From an uncultured virus (IMG/VR IMGVR_UViG_3300029305_011619) (lineage: Duplodnaviria > Heunggongvirae > Uroviricota > Caudoviricetes): a stretch of 64,000 nucleotides of DNA. This document shows positions 60,408 through 64,000 of the stretch, piece by piece. A model generated the notes under the pieces. The model was given only the letters and a program-made list of their open reading frames with translations. It did no database searches and was not told the origin of the DNA. Numbering within the stretch: the stretch's first letter is position 1; every line of letters starts with the position of its first letter. A program made the translations under genes and the position numbers. Where the stretch lies: IMG/VR virus record IMGVR_UViG_3300029305_011619; one strand, 5' to 3'.

Positions 60408-60650
60408 ATGAGCTCACCAAAAAAGTCAAACGGTAGAAAAAATAAATTATGTTTCACAATAGAATCTCTATATGATAATGGCTCTGGTATGAGATATACA
60501 AGTAAAGAGGATTTTCTAAACGAATTATCACTAATGATTGACGACTGTATTAATAATGGGGGGTCATTTTTTGACGCTGTTATAGATTCAAACGCTAGTT
60601 GCTTTTGCACAGTAGGCGAATATGAACAAAAGATAGGATTTGACGACTAA
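60408..60650 (+). CDS. Hypothetical protein
   Basis: AGGAGG RBS. Confidence 0.55.
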   Translation: MSSPKKSNGRKNKLCFTIESLYDNGSGMRYTSKEDFLNELSLMIDDCINNGGSFFDAVIDSNASCFCTVGEYEQKIGFDD

Positions 60651-60703
60651 GAGGAATACGAATTTGATATAGATAACGAGATATTTATGAATGTAATACA
60701 ATA

Positions 60704-60917
60704 ACATACAATGTATATTTCTGGTAATAGATACATATTTTCAGAGCTTTATGTGTTTCGCTAAAGTAAGTGCTTGGTATTTTAATAAAACTAGAGCCTC
60801 GCTCGCCGCACTACCACAATATAACAAGTGCAACCCACGATGCGTCCAGAGCTCCTAGAAGGAGCTCACGGACGACTGCAGGGTTGCACTGTTCTATTAT
60901 AGTAGCAGATTGTATGT
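60704..60917 (+). ncRNA. Retron-like msr-msd ncRNA, unit 5 (4.7 kb downstream of RT)
   Basis: ACATACAAT|G(60713) / ATTGTATGT perfect 9 bp; SL2 CTTT-ATGTGTTTCGCT-AAAG; hairpin AGTGCAACCC...GAGCTCCT-aga-AGGAGCTC...GGGTTGCACT. Confidence 0.85.
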
Positions 60918-60946
60918 AAAATAAGATAATAATAAAGGAGAAAATT

Positions 60947-61495
60947 ATGAAAAAAGTTTTAGTAGTTGTTGATATGCAACACGATTTTATCGATGGGGCA
61001 TTAGGAAGTGAAGACGCTCGTCAGATTGTAGATAATGTTGCAGAAAAAATCAAAGGATTTGACGGAGATATCGTATTCACAATGGATACACATTCAGAAA
61101 AATACTTAACTACACAAGAAGGATATAAACTTCCTGTTCCGCATTGCATTAAAGATACTGACGGATGGGCTTTAAATGATGTTGTTTGTGTAGCAACCAA
61201 ACAAAAGAGAGTTGGCTATAAAGTATTTATGAAAGATACATTTGGTTCTATGGAGCTTGCAAAGTTTTTAGCCGACCATCAGTATTGCTATGTTGAATTT
61301 GTAGGTTTATGCACAGACATTTGTGTTATCTCAAACGCTATGTTAGCCAAAGCCTCTGTTCCGGAAGCACAAATTGTAGTAGATGCTTCTTGTTGTGCCG
61401 GAGTGACTCAAGAGAGCCATAAAAATGCATTAGCCGCTATGAGTCAATGTCAAATTGAGATTGTTAATTATAATATCTTAAATAAAGATAATTAA
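60947..61495 (+). CDS. pncA: Nicotinamidase / isochorismatase-family cysteine hydrolase
   Basis: VVVDMQHDF, DTH, HC...GW, K, VGLCTDICV catalytic motifs. Confidence 0.85.
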   Translation: MKKVLVVVDMQHDFIDGALGSEDARQIVDNVAEKIKGFDGDIVFTMDTHSEKYLTTQEGYKLPVPHCIKDTDGWALNDVVCVATKQKRVGYKVFMKDTFGSMELAKFLADHQYCYVEFVGLCTDICVISNAMLAKASVPEAQIVVDASCCAGVTQESHKNALAAMSQCQIEIVNYNILNKDN

Positions 61496-61530
61496 AATTC
61501 TTATTTTATTGACAAAAAGGAGGTCGTGAG

Positions 61531-62100
61531 ATGGGCAAATGGGGATTGTATTGCGAATTTGAACAGAATCCAACATTAAAAATTAAATCAATTAAAGATA
61601 GGTGGGTAAAAGCAAAACATGATTTAGAAGATGCTAAATATGTCGAAGATCTAATTCATTTAGACTTTATCAAGACTATCAAAAATTATCAGACTACCTG
61701 GGATTATCGTTTGCCAACAATTAAATCCGCAGTTGATGAATTGAAGATAACAGATGGTCGCAAGAAAAAGCCTTCTCTTAATTGCCTTAATACTTGGATA
61801 AAAAAAGATTTTTTCCCGGAAGTCAATGTTGATATTAAAGTAAACAACATAATCTCATATGGTTACGAAGGCTATCATTGGCAAATGGATTTTGATGTAA
61901 GTGGTGAGACGTATTCTATAAGCATCCCAGATAAAAAATTAATCAATTCAGAAAATTTATCTCATGCTTATGAGGGTAAGTTTGCTTTTATGCACAGAAC
62001 AGGTAAAAGTTCTATAAGTGTAGAACACACCGACTACACTGAAGAAGGCATGGCTAAATTTATAAAAGCGTATTTTGATGAATTATTTAAAGGGGTATGA
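61531..62100 (+). CDS. Hypothetical protein
   Basis: AGGAGG RBS. Confidence 0.6.
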   Translation: MGKWGLYCEFEQNPTLKIKSIKDRWVKAKHDLEDAKYVEDLIHLDFIKTIKNYQTTWDYRLPTIKSAVDELKITDGRKKKPSLNCLNTWIKKDFFPEVNVDIKVNNIISYGYEGYHWQMDFDVSGETYSISIPDKKLINSENLSHAYEGKFAFMHRTGKSSISVEHTDYTEEGMAKFIKAYFDELFKGV

Positions 62101-62104
62101 AATT

Positions 62105-62776
62105 ATGACAAGTAAATGGGATATGAAACAGTATATCAAGAAAAATCCTGACAAGTTCCCCTACTTATACAAGGAAGATGAAGATGCTTTGTATGGTAAA
62201 GATGATAATAATTATATCTGTTCATTAGATACATTTCTTGAAGTTTTTCGTAAAAAAGCAGGGGAATCTTTTGAGTGTATATACGACGAACATGCTTCCC
62301 TATTTTCTGTTATTAGATGTACTGAGTGTGGTACGGTTATCTTTACGCACGATGACGAAAGGTATGAGCTTCATCTGAGGTGTCCGACTTGCACTGATTA
62401 TAAGACTGCATTTACATACTGGACAAAAGAAGATATTGAATCTGACGAAGCCAAAAAGTCACAAGTTGAACTTTATGAGTCGATGGGTAAAGCGCAAGAC
62501 GAAGCTTATGAGCGCCGAAAGAAAAGAAACGGAAAATACGACTGGGAAATTGGAAGTTTCAAAATCAAGTTCAAACTGCTTACTGCGAAATTTTCTTTGG
62601 AATGTAACGACATTACTGAATCTTATATAAAGGGCTTAAGATTGGATGTTAATATCTGGAAAAAAGAAACTCCAGATGATCCCTGTAGCACGTTTTATAA
62701 AGGTTTTGTTATTCCTTTAAGTTGGTCACAGTTGAAACTTAGATTTAGGATATGGGACGAAAGGAGAAAAAAATGA
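62105..62776 (+). CDS. Hypothetical protein with a zinc ribbon
   Basis: CTECG...CPTC; likely start ATG 62105. Confidence 0.55.
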   Translation: MTSKWDMKQYIKKNPDKFPYLYKEDEDALYGKDDNNYICSLDTFLEVFRKKAGESFECIYDEHASLFSVIRCTECGTVIFTHDDERYELHLRCPTCTDYKTAFTYWTKEDIESDEAKKSQVELYESMGKAQDEAYERRKKRNGKYDWEIGSFKIKFKLLTAKFSLECNDITESYIKGLRLDVNIWKKETPDDPCSTFYKGFVIPLSWSQLKLRFRIWDERRKK

Positions 62777-63051
62777 AGCCAGTATTTAAGTGTGATTATT
62801 GCTCTATGATGGGTACTGAAGAAAAAATTAGAGAGCACGAGCCTAAGTGTACGGATAATTATGACAGGAAAAGTTGTTATACCTGTCAACATAAAAAATT
62901 AAGCTCAAAAGATAAGAAATGGATTTACAAATGTAAAGCAGGTAAGGAAATCCCAGAAGGAAAAATCTTTGAATTTTGTGACTTATATATAAGAAAAAAC
63001 AAATCTGAGGATCAGATAACAGATTTGTTTAAAGATATGTTTAGTCTTTAA
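62773..63051 (+). CDS. Small Cys-rich hypothetical protein
   Basis: CDYC...HEPKC...CYTCQH; AAGGAG RBS. Confidence 0.55.
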   Translation: MKPVFKCDYCSMMGTEEKIREHEPKCTDNYDRKSCYTCQHKKLSSKDKKWIYKCKAGKEIPEGKIFEFCDLYIRKNKSEDQITDLFKDMFSL

Positions 63052-63072
63052 AGAAAGGTTTTATGGTGATTT

Positions 63073-63498
63073 ATGAAGATAGATAAGATAGAAATAACAA
63101 AAGATCAGGCGGAAGCACTTAAAGATTTGATAGATATTTGGTTCTTTCGAGAAGTTAGAGAAAATGAGGATATAGATAATACGATGTGGGCTTGGAATAT
63201 TCTTGATATTTATAAACAATGTCAGGAAATCATTGACGGCTATAATACGAAAGCACAACCATCCAATCCCGAAAACAATATTGCAGAAAATAGCGATGAC
63301 ATTATCGACGAATTATTAGAAGTTCATCTCAAGGTAAAAACAAAGTCTTGTAAAAACAAAATGCTTTCTTGGTTTAATTTTAAAAATTCGGAAGATACAT
63401 TTGTTGAATTGTTTGGGGACGATAAAGAAAATCCAAAGAAGAAACTATCGTTCTCTATGAAGTGTGATGGTTATGATACATGTATTAGTGATGTGTAA
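63073..63498 (+). CDS. Hypothetical protein
   Basis: ORF in the co-oriented gene run. Confidence 0.5.
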   Translation: MKIDKIEITKDQAEALKDLIDIWFFREVRENEDIDNTMWAWNILDIYKQCQEIIDGYNTKAQPSNPENNIAENSDDIIDELLEVHLKVKTKSCKNKMLSWFNFKNSEDTFVELFGDDKENPKKKLSFSMKCDGYDTCISDV

Positions 63499-63510
63499 AA
63501 GGGTGGTTTT

Positions 63511-63891
63511 ATGAATAAAACATTTATATTTTTACTGATGATATTTTGCCATATCGTAGATGACTATTATCTACAGGGTTGGCTTGCATCAGCAAAACAA
63601 AAGAAGTATTGGGCAGAAAATGCTCCTGATAAGATGTATAGGTACGATTACATATGTGCTTTGATTATTCATAGTTTTAGTTGGGCGTTTATGATTATGC
63701 TTCCGGTTGCATTCTTTATAAACTTTAATATCAATTTGGGGTTTGTAGCGATGTTTGTATGGAATGTTATGATTCATGGCGTTACAGATGATGCTAAAGC
63801 AAACAAAAAGAAGATTAATTTAATCCAAGATCAAATAATTCATCTTGCTCAGATTGTTTTAACATTTTTATTTTTAGTTGTTGGATTTTAA
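63511..63891 (+). CDS. DUF3307-like membrane protein
   Basis: HIVDDYYLQ...H...HGVTD..K...QDQIIH motif with hydrophobic helices. Confidence 0.75.
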   Translation: MNKTFIFLLMIFCHIVDDYYLQGWLASAKQKKYWAENAPDKMYRYDYICALIIHSFSWAFMIMLPVAFFINFNINLGFVAMFVWNVMIHGVTDDAKANKKKINLIQDQIIHLAQIVLTFLFLVVGF

Positions 63892-63905
63892 AGGAGAATA
63901 ATTAT

Positions 63906-64000
63906 ATGAAAGTATCAGAAATGATTAAAAACTTGCAGGATTTTATGGAAGAAAACGGCGATACTGATTGTTATTATGCTTTCGATGATGAGGGTAATGG
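63906..64000 (+). CDS. Hypothetical protein, partial at the window end
   Basis: AAGGAG RBS, MKVSEMIKNLQDFMEENGD...DDEGN. Confidence 0.55.
   Translation, partial: MKVSEMIKNLQDFMEENGDTDCYYAFDDEGN

Overview
The window is part of a large, low-GC tailed phage or prophage genome of SPbeta/c-st-like architecture, probably infecting a Firmicute (Clostridia-like RBS, sigma-A promoters and tRNAs). Bases 1-44.2 kb are on the minus strand. They carry tail fibre/baseplate genes, a 2,600-aa tape measure protein with an M23 peptidase domain, tail tube, head-tail, capsid, protease, portal and terminase genes, HU, two tyrosine recombinases and a metallophosphoesterase. They also carry a YonO-like single-subunit RNA polymerase split by a group I intron (38415-39493) that encodes a GIY-YIG homing endonuclease. 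From about 44.7 kb genes are on the plus strand: an 80-bp tandem repeat, a candidate large structured RNA, a complete ubiquitin-like operon (Ubl, E2-like, JAB, ThiF/E1), a retron-type reverse transcriptase and a tRNA cluster. The most striking observation is that this single RT is accompanied by five dispersed retron-like ncRNA units (54534-54840, 55996-56279, 56362-56615, 58198-58400, 60704-60917). They share terminal inverted repeats, a conserved putative branching G (CAAT|G ... YAG|ATTG) and a covarying 20-nt stem-loop, but each has a different long msd-like hairpin, and several abut tRNA ends. The tRNA cluster also contains a complete tRNA-Ile(UAU) nested inside the anticodon arm of a second, split tRNA. 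All calls were made by eye from motifs and base pairing; no database searches were run.
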